Assembly: GCA_047651235.1 (NCBI GenBank)
Contig: CP178758.1
Coordinates: 2,460,001-2,492,000 of the forward strand
From: Candidatus Electrothrix yaqonensis
GTDB taxonomy: Bacteria > Desulfobacterota > Desulfobulbia > Desulfobulbales > Desulfobulbaceae
DNA: 32,000 nucleotides
Direction of reading: 5' to 3'
The position numbers and the translations under genes are program-made. Every line of letters starts with the position of its first letter. Within the stretch, counting starts at the first letter, position 1. Shown here in pieces: positions 24,646 to 32,000 of the stretch. The notes beneath the pieces were generated by a model. The model saw only the letters and a program-made list of their open reading frames with translations. It was not told the DNA's origin and did no database searches.

Positions 24646-24659
24646 TGGATTCCCACGTT

Positions 24660-25508
24660 ATGCGGAAAATCAACAAGCAACTGGTCTGCCAGCAGTTCCG
24701 CCGGGCTGCGGCTGCCTATGAGCGCGAAGCTGTGATTCAGCATCGGGTGGCAGATCGTCTGCTTGCTCTGACAGCGCAGCATGCTGCGGACAAGCCGCTC
24801 AGGGTACTGGAAATCGGCTGCTGCACAGGTCTGCTGACCCGCAGGCTAATAAAGAGTGATGTCTTCTGTATCCGGCAACTGCTCCTTAATGACCTGATGC
24901 CGGACTTCCCGGATCGACTGCACCCGGCTGTCCGGGCCGCTGCTCCTATTTTTCTGCCCGGAGACATAGAAACTGTGCCCCTGCCCGGCACCTTTGATTT
25001 GATTATCTCCTCCTCCACCTTTCACTGGCTTGAAGATGTGGACGGGCTGTTTGCCAAACTGGCAGCAGTACTCAAGCCGGGAGGTTTTCTGGCCTTCTCT
25101 CTGTACGGCCCGGACAATCTGCAGGAGATCAGAGCATTGACCGGTATCGGGCTGGAGTATTTTTCTCTGCCGCAGATAGAAAAAATGCTGCGCAGATATT
25201 GCACCTTGGAACACAGCAGTCAGCAGCGGGAAATTTTTTCTTTTCCGGAGCCGGCCGATGTGCTGCATCATCTGCGCCGGACCGGTGTCAATGCGGTCGA
25301 TAGCACGCCCTGGACCCGCAGGCAGTTACGGGATTTCTGCCGGGACTACATACGGCTGTTCAGCTGCGGCGGGTCAGTCCGTCTTACCTATCATCCGTTG
25401 TATTTTGCGGCCCGGCAGGGAAAACAGCAGGCGTCCGGACCGGGTGATTGCTCCCGAAAAAGAAGAGAGGAACGCAAGAAAATCCTTGCAGCAAAAAAAA
25501 GAACATGA
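24660..25508 (+). CDS. bioC: Malonyl-ACP O-methyltransferase (BioC-like class I SAM methyltransferase)
   Basis: The N-terminal block FRRAAAAYEREAVIQHRVADRLL is typical of BioC. SAM motif I is VLEIGCCTG. PGGFLAFS is also present. Confidence 0.7.
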   Translation: MRKINKQLVCQQFRRAAAAYEREAVIQHRVADRLLALTAQHAADKPLRVLEIGCCTGLLTRRLIKSDVFCIRQLLLNDLMPDFPDRLHPAVRAAAPIFLPGDIETVPLPGTFDLIISSSTFHWLEDVDGLFAKLAAVLKPGGFLAFSLYGPDNLQEIRALTGIGLEYFSLPQIEKMLRRYCTLEHSSQQREIFSFPEPADVLHHLRRTGVNAVDSTPWTRRQLRDFCRDYIRLFSCGGSVRLTYHPLYFAARQGKQQASGPGDCSRKRREERKKILAAKKRT

Positions 25509-25526
25509 TAAAAGATCGGTTCAATT

Positions 25527-25603
25527 GCGCCTGTAGCTCATCTGGATAGAGTATCGGACTACGAATTCGAGGGTAGCAGGTTCGAATCCTGCCAGGCGCA
25601 CCA
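25527..25603 (+). tRNA. tRNA-Arg (anticodon ACG), 77 nt with encoded CCA
   Basis: - Manual cloverleaf: acceptor GCGCCTG/CAGGCGC, D stem GCTC/GAGT, anticodon stem TCGGA/TTCGA.
- Anticodon loop CTACGAA, variable loop GGGTA, T arm GCAGG-TTCGAAT-CCTGC, then ACCA. Confidence 0.9.
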
Positions 25604-25611
25604 GAAATTCC

Positions 25612-25643
25612 AAGCCTTTCGTCTCAGGACGGAAGGCTTTTTT
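25612..25643 (+). terminator. Rho-independent terminator after tRNA-Arg
   Basis: A 12-bp stem (AAGCCTTTCGTC / GACGGAAGGCTT, with one G-U pair), loop TCAG, and a T6 run. Confidence 0.75.
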
Positions 25644-25758
25644 ATTGCTCCGCCCTTGCCGGAGCACTGCAGAGTGATTAGGAATGAAAATTTAATAACA
25701 ACGGAACTTGCTGACAGGTCATTGACAATTTCATAGTTGCGTTTATTCTCATCCGGTT

Positions 25759-26110
25759 ATGAAGATAAAGACATATTCTCCTGAGATAGAAACGCGAATG
25801 CGTAATTTTTACGGCAGCCTGTCTGAAAAAGACCGCCGTCGATACGCCGCAGTTGAAGCGGAAAAGTTCGGATACGGCGGCATAACGTATATATGCGACG
25901 TGTTGCGGTGTGATTCTGACCGGGTCCGTCGCGGGATGAATGAGCTGAAACAGCCTCTGCCTGAAAAAGAAGAACGAATTCGCAAACCGGGCGGGGGACG
26001 TAAATCCGTCCTCTCGACCGCCGTCGGCCTTGATGACGCATTTTTCGCAGTGCTGAAAAATCACACGGCGGGTTCGCCTATGGACTGTATGGTATATACA
26101 GTAATATCGG
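25759..26110 (+). pseudogene. ISAzo13-family transposase, N-terminal fragment only
   Basis: LSEKDRRRYAAVEAEKFGYGGITYICDVL...RIRKPGGGRKS...HTAGSPMD matches the conserved ISAzo13 N-terminus. The remaining ~300 aa are absent. Confidence 0.75.
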
Positions 26111-26360
26111 CTATATCACGTTAGGGGCAAGCGGTGACACCTCCTGTCCGACTTCACCCTCAAGTATTCTTAATCGATACTTGGGAACCCAGACGATATG
26201 GTACTGGCAATGCCAAATTGTATGTGATAGTTTTTTAAATCGACTCATAATTTGCTCCTGATATTGTTGTGGGGACAACACGTCATGGAGCTTATTATGA
26301 GCTTTTGAGGTTCAACCGGCAAAGCCGTTGAACTCTGACCACCCCCAGAGGGGGTGGTTT
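26111..26360 (-). mobile_element. IS200/IS605-family left-end remnant: truncated tnpA (first ~37 codons) plus upstream hairpins
   Basis: - Minus-strand ATG at 26248 gives MSRFKKLSHTIWHCQYHIVWVPKYRLRILEGEVGQEV, the Y1 transposase N-terminus, and then runs into unrelated sequence.
- Upstream hairpins: GTTCAAC(C)GGC aaa GCCGTTGAAC at 26310-26333, and a perfect 9-bp stem ACCACCCCC aga GGGGGTGGT at 26338-26358. Confidence 0.75.
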
Positions 26361-26534
26361 TCTACTACGAAATAAAGTTGTATAGCTGGAGCAGTATAAA
26401 CTGAATACAGGATCAGCTATCTGAAAGGCGTGAAGGCAAAACTTATGCCTCTTGTGGGCATATTCAAATTATGTTGCTCCAGCTATATCAAAAAAATACC
26501 CGTCAATCGCCCTGATTATAACTTTATTCTTTTT

Positions 26535-27523
26535 ATGAACGCTCCCAGCCCCGAAAAAAGAAGTCCCCATGACAAATTCTTTGAGTTGACCGGCATCGCC
26601 CGGCAACTTACGTCTTTTCACGAAAGATATCATCTCTTTTTTAAGAGACATACAGTAAGTTTGTCAGATAAAGCATTCCAATACTTGAAAGGTTTATTCC
26701 AGTCTGACAAAAAAACATGGAACGTATGGAGGAAAAGGTTCCGGGCGTTAAATATGAGCCCCTCCAGTATTTTCTTTCCGAATCGAACTGGGATTGGCGT
26801 CCTGTAAACAACCAAGTAGCTAAAGATGCGGATAACATTTTTGGAGGAAAGGAAGATAGCGCTCTTTTTATTGATGAATCCGGGATACCCAAAAAGGGTA
26901 AAATGTCTGTTGGGGTTTCTCGTCAATGGTGCGGGCAGCTTGGTAAAACCGACAACTGTCAAGTAGTTCTACTTTGGCGATCATAAACATAACTAGCTTA
27001 TTTTTATTAAGTATTTAAAAACCCCTGTTTTTAGTATTATTAATATTATTAAATAGTTAATGGTATGGTCACCAAAGTAGAATTAGTTGTCAGACGTGAG
27101 GTTAAGTCCCCGAAAAAAATTAAATATAGCCTAAGTAATGCGGAAAGTAACACGTCAACAAGACGACTTGCATATATGCAAGCTCAACGATATTGGGTTG
27201 AACGGCCATTTCAGGATGCAAAAAATGAATGTGGAATGGGTGATTATCAGGCTCGGGGATGGCTGGCTTGGCATCATCATATGACTATGGTCATGATGGC
27301 CATGTTGTTTATGGTCGAGCAACGATTATACCATCAAGTCGGTGTCCCGTTATTGAGTTGCGCTGATATAACAACATTACTCAAGTCAATTCTTCCACGT
27401 CGAGATGTAAACGAAGATGAAGTTATAAGACAGCTTTGTCAACGGCATGAAAAGAGGCAAGCTTCGATTGATTTCGCATATGAGAAACAACGGAATTGCA
27501 AATTATTACCACAGCCTTTGTGA
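26535..27523 (+). pseudogene. IS701-family transposase remnant (frameshift plus internal deletion/replacement)
   Basis: - N-terminus ...AFQYLKGLFQSDKK.
- Frame switch at the A7 run 26709-26715 into MERMEEKV...LQYFLSESNWDW...FIDESG.PKKG.
- The coding sequence breaks at about 26962 into ~100 bp of AT-rich sequence.
- The C-terminal third resumes at 27065: YWVERPFQDAKNECGMGDYQARGWLAWHHH. Confidence 0.7.
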
Positions 27524-27537
27524 GTGCCAAAGTAGAA

Positions 27538-28992
27538 TTAATTCCCGTTCCTGAACTGCCTGCCGCTCTTCCGTTTCTGCGCTGCCCTGAGTATGCCGGT
27601 TGCCCACTCCGGTGTTCCGGGAGCAAGGACATGGGTATACAGAGCCAGTACATTTTTTTTCTTTAATCCGTCCCGTCTTCCCCAAAAGCCGGTTCCCCGT
27701 TCCACCTGGAGTCCCAACTCTTCCGGTCTGCCGTCCCATTTTTCCACAACTGAATAGCGGAACTCGTGCCCTTTTACCGTGGTGCCGATTGGATAAAAAG
27801 GATTTTCCCGGTCAACGGTCAGGATGGAATACCCATGCGCCTGCGGCTTGGCTGACAGGGTAAAGGTGACCGGAAAAACTCCGGCCAGCGGATATTCGGT
27901 TCCTTCAAGAATGATGGCTTGCCCAAGAAAGATTAAGCCGCCGCACTCGGCATAGATGGGCAGGCCCTGTTCCGCCGCCTGTCTGACTGAAGCCCGAAAA
28001 GAAATATTATCAGCCAGCTGTCGGGCACTGGTCTCCGGGAAACCGCCGCCGATATAGAGCGCATCCAGATTATCCGGCAGCTGTTCTGCAGTCAGGGCAT
28101 TAATCATCACCAATTCCGCACCACCTTCTTCCAACGCCTCCAGATTCTCTTGATAATAAAATTGAAAGGCCGCATCGCGAAGAATGCCGATGCGCACCGT
28201 ATCAGCACGATCAGCATCTCTTCTGCTTTTTGCCCCCGCAGCAGCAGACCTGCACCCGAAATTGCACTGACGCAGCTCCATCAGGCTAGTCATCCGATCC
28301 AGGGCAAAATGCTCTTCAGCCAAGGCAGCAAGCTGTCTGACCACAGCATCGGTTGCAGCGGCCCCGTATTCCTGATGCGGCGTCACGCCCAGATGGCGCA
28401 TGGGAAAGATATCCTCCTGCATTCGCGGGATAATCCCGACTACCGGAATGCCGGTATACTGCTCGACCGCCTCGGTAATAATCCGCTCGTGCCGGGGCGT
28501 GGCAATCTGATTCAGGATCACTCCGATAATACGCACCCGTTTATCCAGCTCCCGGCATCCCAAGACCAGAGCCGCCACGGTCCGGGTGGTTTTGCTGCAG
28601 TTGACCACCAGCAGAACAGGCAGGTCAAGCTGCACAGCCAGCTCTGCAGTGGAGAACCCGCCTTCCGCGTTCACGCCGTCGTACAGTCCCCGATTGCCTT
28701 CAATCAGGGCAAAATCAGCCCCGACCGCATGCTCATGAAAGGAATCACGGATGCCTGCTGGTGACATCAGGAAGGGGTCCAAATTATAACAGGGATGCCC
28801 GGCAGCGGCTGTCAGCCAGCCCGCATCAATATAATCCGGCCCCTTTTTGAACGGTACAACCCGGTGCCCCCGATGACGGAGGGCCGCAGCCAGAGCGACC
28901 GAGGCCACGGACTTGCCGGAACCGCCGCTCAGCCCGGCAATAATGAGGCAGCCGGTTTCAGGCGCTGCTGTTTCTTCTTTATCGATACCCAT
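27538..28992 (-). CDS. cbiA: Cobyrinate a,c-diamide synthase
   Basis: N-terminal ATP-binding loop GLSGGSGKS with KKGPDYID. C-terminal GATase1 domain with YAECGGL and GHEFRYS. Confidence 0.85.
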   Translation of the reverse strand: MGIDKEETAAPETGCLIIAGLSGGSGKSVASVALAAALRHRGHRVVPFKKGPDYIDAGWLTAAAGHPCYNLDPFLMSPAGIRDSFHEHAVGADFALIEGNRGLYDGVNAEGGFSTAELAVQLDLPVLLVVNCSKTTRTVAALVLGCRELDKRVRIIGVILNQIATPRHERIITEAVEQYTGIPVVGIIPRMQEDIFPMRHLGVTPHQEYGAAATDAVVRQLAALAEEHFALDRMTSLMELRQCNFGCRSAAAGAKSRRDADRADTVRIGILRDAAFQFYYQENLEALEEGGAELVMINALTAEQLPDNLDALYIGGGFPETSARQLADNISFRASVRQAAEQGLPIYAECGGLIFLGQAIILEGTEYPLAGVFPVTFTLSAKPQAHGYSILTVDRENPFYPIGTTVKGHEFRYSVVEKWDGRPEELGLQVERGTGFWGRRDGLKKKNVLALYTHVLAPGTPEWATGILRAAQKRKSGRQFRNGN

Positions 28993-29008
28993 TTATTTTT
29001 TCATTTTT

Positions 29009-29923
29009 TCACAACCTGAGCTGCGTACTGTGCGCCATGCCGAAAAATCCCCGTGGTCGGAAGGTCAGGATGATCAGAATAATCGTGTAAGCGATGAGAT
29101 CCCGGAAGGTGGAGGGAAAGACCATTGCCGTAAATATCTCAATAGCGCCCAGCAGATATCCGGCAAGGGCCGCACCCATGATTGAGCCTCTCCCGCCGAG
29201 AATGGCAGCGACGAATGCCTTCCAGCCGAGCAGTACGCCCATGTACGGGTCCAGGACCGGGTATGCCTGCCCGTAGAGGATACCTGCCACTGAGGCCAGT
29301 CCGGCGCCGATGGCAAAGGTCAACGGGGCTAGGATATTGATGGACACGCCCATCAGGGGCACTGCCTGAAAATCGTAGGACATGGCCCGCATGGCCATTC
29401 CCCATTTGGTTTTCTGAATAAAGGTGTGCAGGCCGAGCATGAGGATCAGGGAGACCACGATGATCAGTACCTTGACATTGGTGAAATACACCCCGCCTAT
29501 ATTATAGGAGACGGATTCGATCAGGGAGGGAAAACTGAACCGCTTGGCTCCGAGGATGATCAGATTGCCGGTCTCGAAGATGATACCGATCATCAGGCCG
29601 GTGATGGCGGCCGAGGCGCGCGGCGCGCCACGCAGGGGCCGATAACCCACTACCTCCACAAAAACACCTACCCAGGAGGCCAGAAACATGGTCACAGCAA
29701 CAGTGAGCAGAAAAATCGTCCAGCCCGGCATAACCGCTCCGAACAGGCCCAGCAGCAGGGTTGCCACGCCGAAGCCGATATAGGTTCCCACCATGAAGAT
29801 ATCGCCGTGGGCAAAGTTGAACAGCATTAACACACCGTAGACCATCGAATATCCGATGGAAATCACGGCGTAAAAACTGCCCCACTGCAGGGCATTGATC
29901 AGGTTCTGGAGAAAGTATTCCAT
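29009..29923 (-). CDS. livH: Branched-chain amino acid ABC transporter permease (LivH type)
   Basis: 304 aa and multi-TM. It has the LivH-typical N-terminus LINALQWGSFYAVISIGYSMVYGVL.LFNFAHGD and a C-terminal ILGG.GS..GA block. Confidence 0.85.
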   Translation of the reverse strand: MEYFLQNLINALQWGSFYAVISIGYSMVYGVLMLFNFAHGDIFMVGTYIGFGVATLLLGLFGAVMPGWTIFLLTVAVTMFLASWVGVFVEVVGYRPLRGAPRASAAITGLMIGIIFETGNLIILGAKRFSFPSLIESVSYNIGGVYFTNVKVLIIVVSLILMLGLHTFIQKTKWGMAMRAMSYDFQAVPLMGVSINILAPLTFAIGAGLASVAGILYGQAYPVLDPYMGVLLGWKAFVAAILGGRGSIMGAALAGYLLGAIEIFTAMVFPSTFRDLIAYTIILIILTFRPRGFFGMAHSTQLRL

Positions 29924-30260
29924 CGGGGTATGCGGCTTCTGCGCATCTTTATTTTTTTATGTAAGAGCGTTATGGAAGAGGTATCTGCGCTGCGTACAAT
30001 GATTGAGAAGGTCAGTCAATGTACCATAGAAAATGTGCTGTATGAACAAAAAATTAGCCAAAAAAGTACTTGACAAAAGGCATGGAGTGCGTCGGAAGAA
30101 TTTTTATTTTCTGTGAATCTGGCATCTTGCTGTCAAAAACAACGAAAAAACAATCAGACGCTTGCTTTTTCCGCATAGGTCGGGTAAAAATATCCGTTTT
30201 CGGTCAAGTATAAATTGTTTGACAAGAGTTTAATGAATCAATAAAAATGAGGTGGTCCGT

Positions 30261-30626
30261 ATGAGTTTTCTTGAAGGATTACTCTGGCTGACGCTCAATG
30301 TATACCACGAAGCCCGCAGTGAACCGCAGATCGGGCAGCTTGCCGTGGCCCATGTCACCCTGAACAGGGCCAGTCAGAATAATCAGACGGTTGAGCAGAC
30401 AGTGATGGCCCCCCGTCAGTTCAGCTGGACCTTTCTGCAGAAATCCTATATCCCGAAAGAGACGGATGCGTTTGTCGAGTGCCTGCAGACAGCGATGAAG
30501 GCTATGACGACTTCTGATTTTACCGAAGGTGCCACGTATTATCATCGCGAAGACGTGCATCCGAAATGGGCTGCCAGAAAGACCTATGTTGCCAAGTACG
30601 GTGACCATATCTTCTACCGGAACTGA
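30261..30626 (+). CDS. SleB-like cell wall hydrolase domain protein
   Basis: GAGGTGG RBS before ATG 30261. The Hydrolase_2-type blocks are NVYHEARSEP..GQLAVAHVTLNRA, PRQFSW and ATYYH. No obvious signal peptide. Confidence 0.7.
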   Translation: MSFLEGLLWLTLNVYHEARSEPQIGQLAVAHVTLNRASQNNQTVEQTVMAPRQFSWTFLQKSYIPKETDAFVECLQTAMKAMTTSDFTEGATYYHREDVHPKWAARKTYVAKYGDHIFYRN

Positions 30627-31447
30627 TTTTTCTTCATGTTCTGTCTGACTGTCATCGCCCGAATGACTACCCCCTGCTGTTTCTGCTGATTTTTCTCAAC
30701 AACATATCGTCCGCCGTCAGAGGTCATTACCGGTACCTGACGGCTCTGCTCAAAGGCATTATACCCTGCTGCCAGATCTGACCAGAATATATACCAGGGA
30801 GAATAGCGATATTTGACAAGGTTGTCCTTGGTCATCCTGAAGGGAAAGATGTGGATGCTGAACTGCTCCTGGCCCTGCAGGAATGCCTGATGGGCCAGCA
30901 GATAAATTTCTTCTATCTGCGTATTGCCCATAGCAAAGCAGCCCTGGGAGAGGCATTTGCCGTGCACCATAATAGCGCTGCCGGTACAGTTCCGTGCTAT
31001 ATCAACGGTATTCGGATAGCCGATATTAAAGGACAGGTGAAATCTGCTTCTCGGATTCATCTGCTCGACAGAGACCGTGTAAAAGCCCTCCGGGCTCTGC
31101 CAGTCGCCTTCCAGCAGTTTCGGGCCGATATAGCCGGAATAGCTGCAGATCGGGTATGTTTTGAACAGCCGGTATTCCCCTCTGCTTAGCAGCCAGACCT
31201 CCAGTTCTTTGGAGAGCTTGAAAATACGCATGAACACGGGCTGCCCCAACCGCATACCTTGACGGGCAAGCGCCCGTTCCACCTTCGGCAGTGCCCGGTC
31301 CATAAGGCGTTCTGCCTTGGGAGTGGTGGGTAGATGCAGGTACTCCTCCGTATCCACGGAGGCACGGACAAAAGATGCAGCAAAGGGTGCTGTCCCCCGT
31401 CCGATAATCAGAAGAATAAGCAGAAGCTGAACGATCTTCCGAAGCAT
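30614..31447 (-). CDS. YafK-like L,D-transpeptidase family protein
   Basis: ATG 31447 gives a signal-peptide-like N-terminus (MLRKIVQLLLILLIIGRG). Catalytic motif MVHGKCLSQGCFAM (HG...S.GC). The longer ORF-track start at 31573 overlaps the upstream gene. Confidence 0.8.
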   Translation of the reverse strand: MLRKIVQLLLILLIIGRGTAPFAASFVRASVDTEEYLHLPTTPKAERLMDRALPKVERALARQGMRLGQPVFMRIFKLSKELEVWLLSRGEYRLFKTYPICSYSGYIGPKLLEGDWQSPEGFYTVSVEQMNPRSRFHLSFNIGYPNTVDIARNCTGSAIMVHGKCLSQGCFAMGNTQIEEIYLLAHQAFLQGQEQFSIHIFPFRMTKDNLVKYRYSPWYIFWSDLAAGYNAFEQSRQVPVMTSDGGRYVVEKNQQKQQGVVIRAMTVRQNMKKNQFR

Positions 31448-31451
31448 CTGA

Positions 31452-32000
31452 TCAGGAGGCTGTGTTTTTTTCTGCCTGCGCTTGAGCTTGGGCATAGGCT
31501 GTAGCTGCGCACTCGTTCTTGCCGAGATCAAGCTCTTCCGCCCGCGCATCATCCACCTGTTCCGTATTGGCATTGACCCGCCTGATCACAGCGTATTCCT
31601 CCGGCTGCGGCCGCATATTCTCTTTGATGAAGGCGATAAAGTCTGCCTCGCGTTCTATACCGTAAATCGACTTGTTCCGTTCAATTGCCTCGGCAAGGGT
31701 GGTTATGAACAGCAGGTTGGGATCAGCTTCCTCCCAGTCCATATAATGGGCCGGTAATATTTTTATGTTTTGGTCGAGCTGCTGTATCATGCTGAGAGAC
31801 CGGAAAAGCTGGACAGCCCAGGCTTCAGCCTGTCCGCCGAGATCCGGGCGACCGACCGAGGAGATGAATACCGTGTCGCCGGAGAGCATATATCGACCGT
31901 TGATGAGATAACAGGTTGATCCCGGTGTATGTCCGGGAGTAAAGACGGCTCTGACTTCGGGGCCGTTTTCATCATTTTCATCGTTGTCGTTAGGCCGATA
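31452..32000 (-). CDS. MBL-fold metallo-hydrolase, C-terminal part (5' end outside the window)
   Basis: The frame is open to the window edge and includes VFTPGHTPGSTCYLINGRYMLSGDTVF, the MBL motifs around the His and Asp ligands. Stop at 31452-31454. Confidence 0.75.
   Translation of the reverse strand, partial: YRPNDNDENDENGPEVRAVFTPGHTPGSTCYLINGRYMLSGDTVFISSVGRPDLGGQAEAWAVQLFRSLSMIQQLDQNIKILPAHYMDWEEADPNLLFITTLAEAIERNKSIYGIEREADFIAFIKENMRPQPEEYAVIRRVNANTEQVDDARAEELDLGKNECAATAYAQAQAQAEKNTAS

Noticed and set aside
30121-30140. TGGCATCTTGCTG as a sigma-54 promoter upstream of the SleB-like gene
   Set aside because: The GG-to-GC spacing is 8 instead of 11-12 nt, so it does not fit the -24/-12 geometry.
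29924-30260. Possible cobalamin riboswitch upstream of livH-cbiA (minus strand)
   Set aside because: I found no B12-box-like sequence or characteristic multi-stem GC-rich core by eye. A covariance-model scan would be needed for certainty.
1-32000. CRISPR arrays, rRNA genes, and known defence operons (RM, CBASS, retron, TA pairs)
   Set aside because: I saw no regularly spaced direct repeats, no rRNA-like sequence and no recognisable defence gene sets. The nuclease-like ORFs are isolated or decayed.

Overview
This is a 32 kb chromosomal window of roughly 50% GC. Its gene content (desulfoferrodoxin, rubredoxin, rubrerythrin, flavodiiron ROO, LarC) suggests an anaerobic, sulfate-reducer-like Desulfobacterota/deltaproteobacterium; that assignment is inference only. 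About 30 genes are well supported.

Left to right:
- Two decayed PD-(D/E)XK-type genes and a complete 1197-bp ISAs1-family IS (perfect 18-bp IRs, frameshifted transposase).
- queC.
- An orphan sigma-54-type promoter with twin upstream palindromes.
- A PilZ protein and a radical-SAM-like protein with a CX4CX2C triad.
- A five-gene plus-strand envelope cluster (5062-11574): SBP-OmpA fusion, vWA lipoprotein, second SBP-OmpA fusion, 2-TM coiled-coil protein, TelA.
- A convergent 4.4 kb minus-strand oxygen-defence cluster: PerR-like regulator with an extra C-terminal wHTH, rbr, ahpC, dfx, rubredoxin, roo and a 60-aa ORF.
- cspA with a long leader.
- pgpA, larC, fmt and def, preceded by a nuclease-like ORF.
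- A YkgJ-type Cys-rich protein, eda and a PPP-family phosphatase.
- An IS4-like remnant abutting bioC.
- tRNA-Arg(ACG), followed by about 1.9 kb of IS debris (ISAzo13, IS200/IS605 and IS701 fragments).
- cbiA, an orphan livH, a SleB-like hydrolase, a YafK-like L,D-transpeptidase and a partial MBL-fold hydrolase.

No CRISPR array, rRNA or recognisable riboswitch was seen. The best candidate for an undescribed system is the SBP-OmpA / vWA / XpaC-like / TelA cluster. The PerR-wHTH fusion with its palindromic operator is second. All family calls rest on motif recognition by eye, because no searches could be run.
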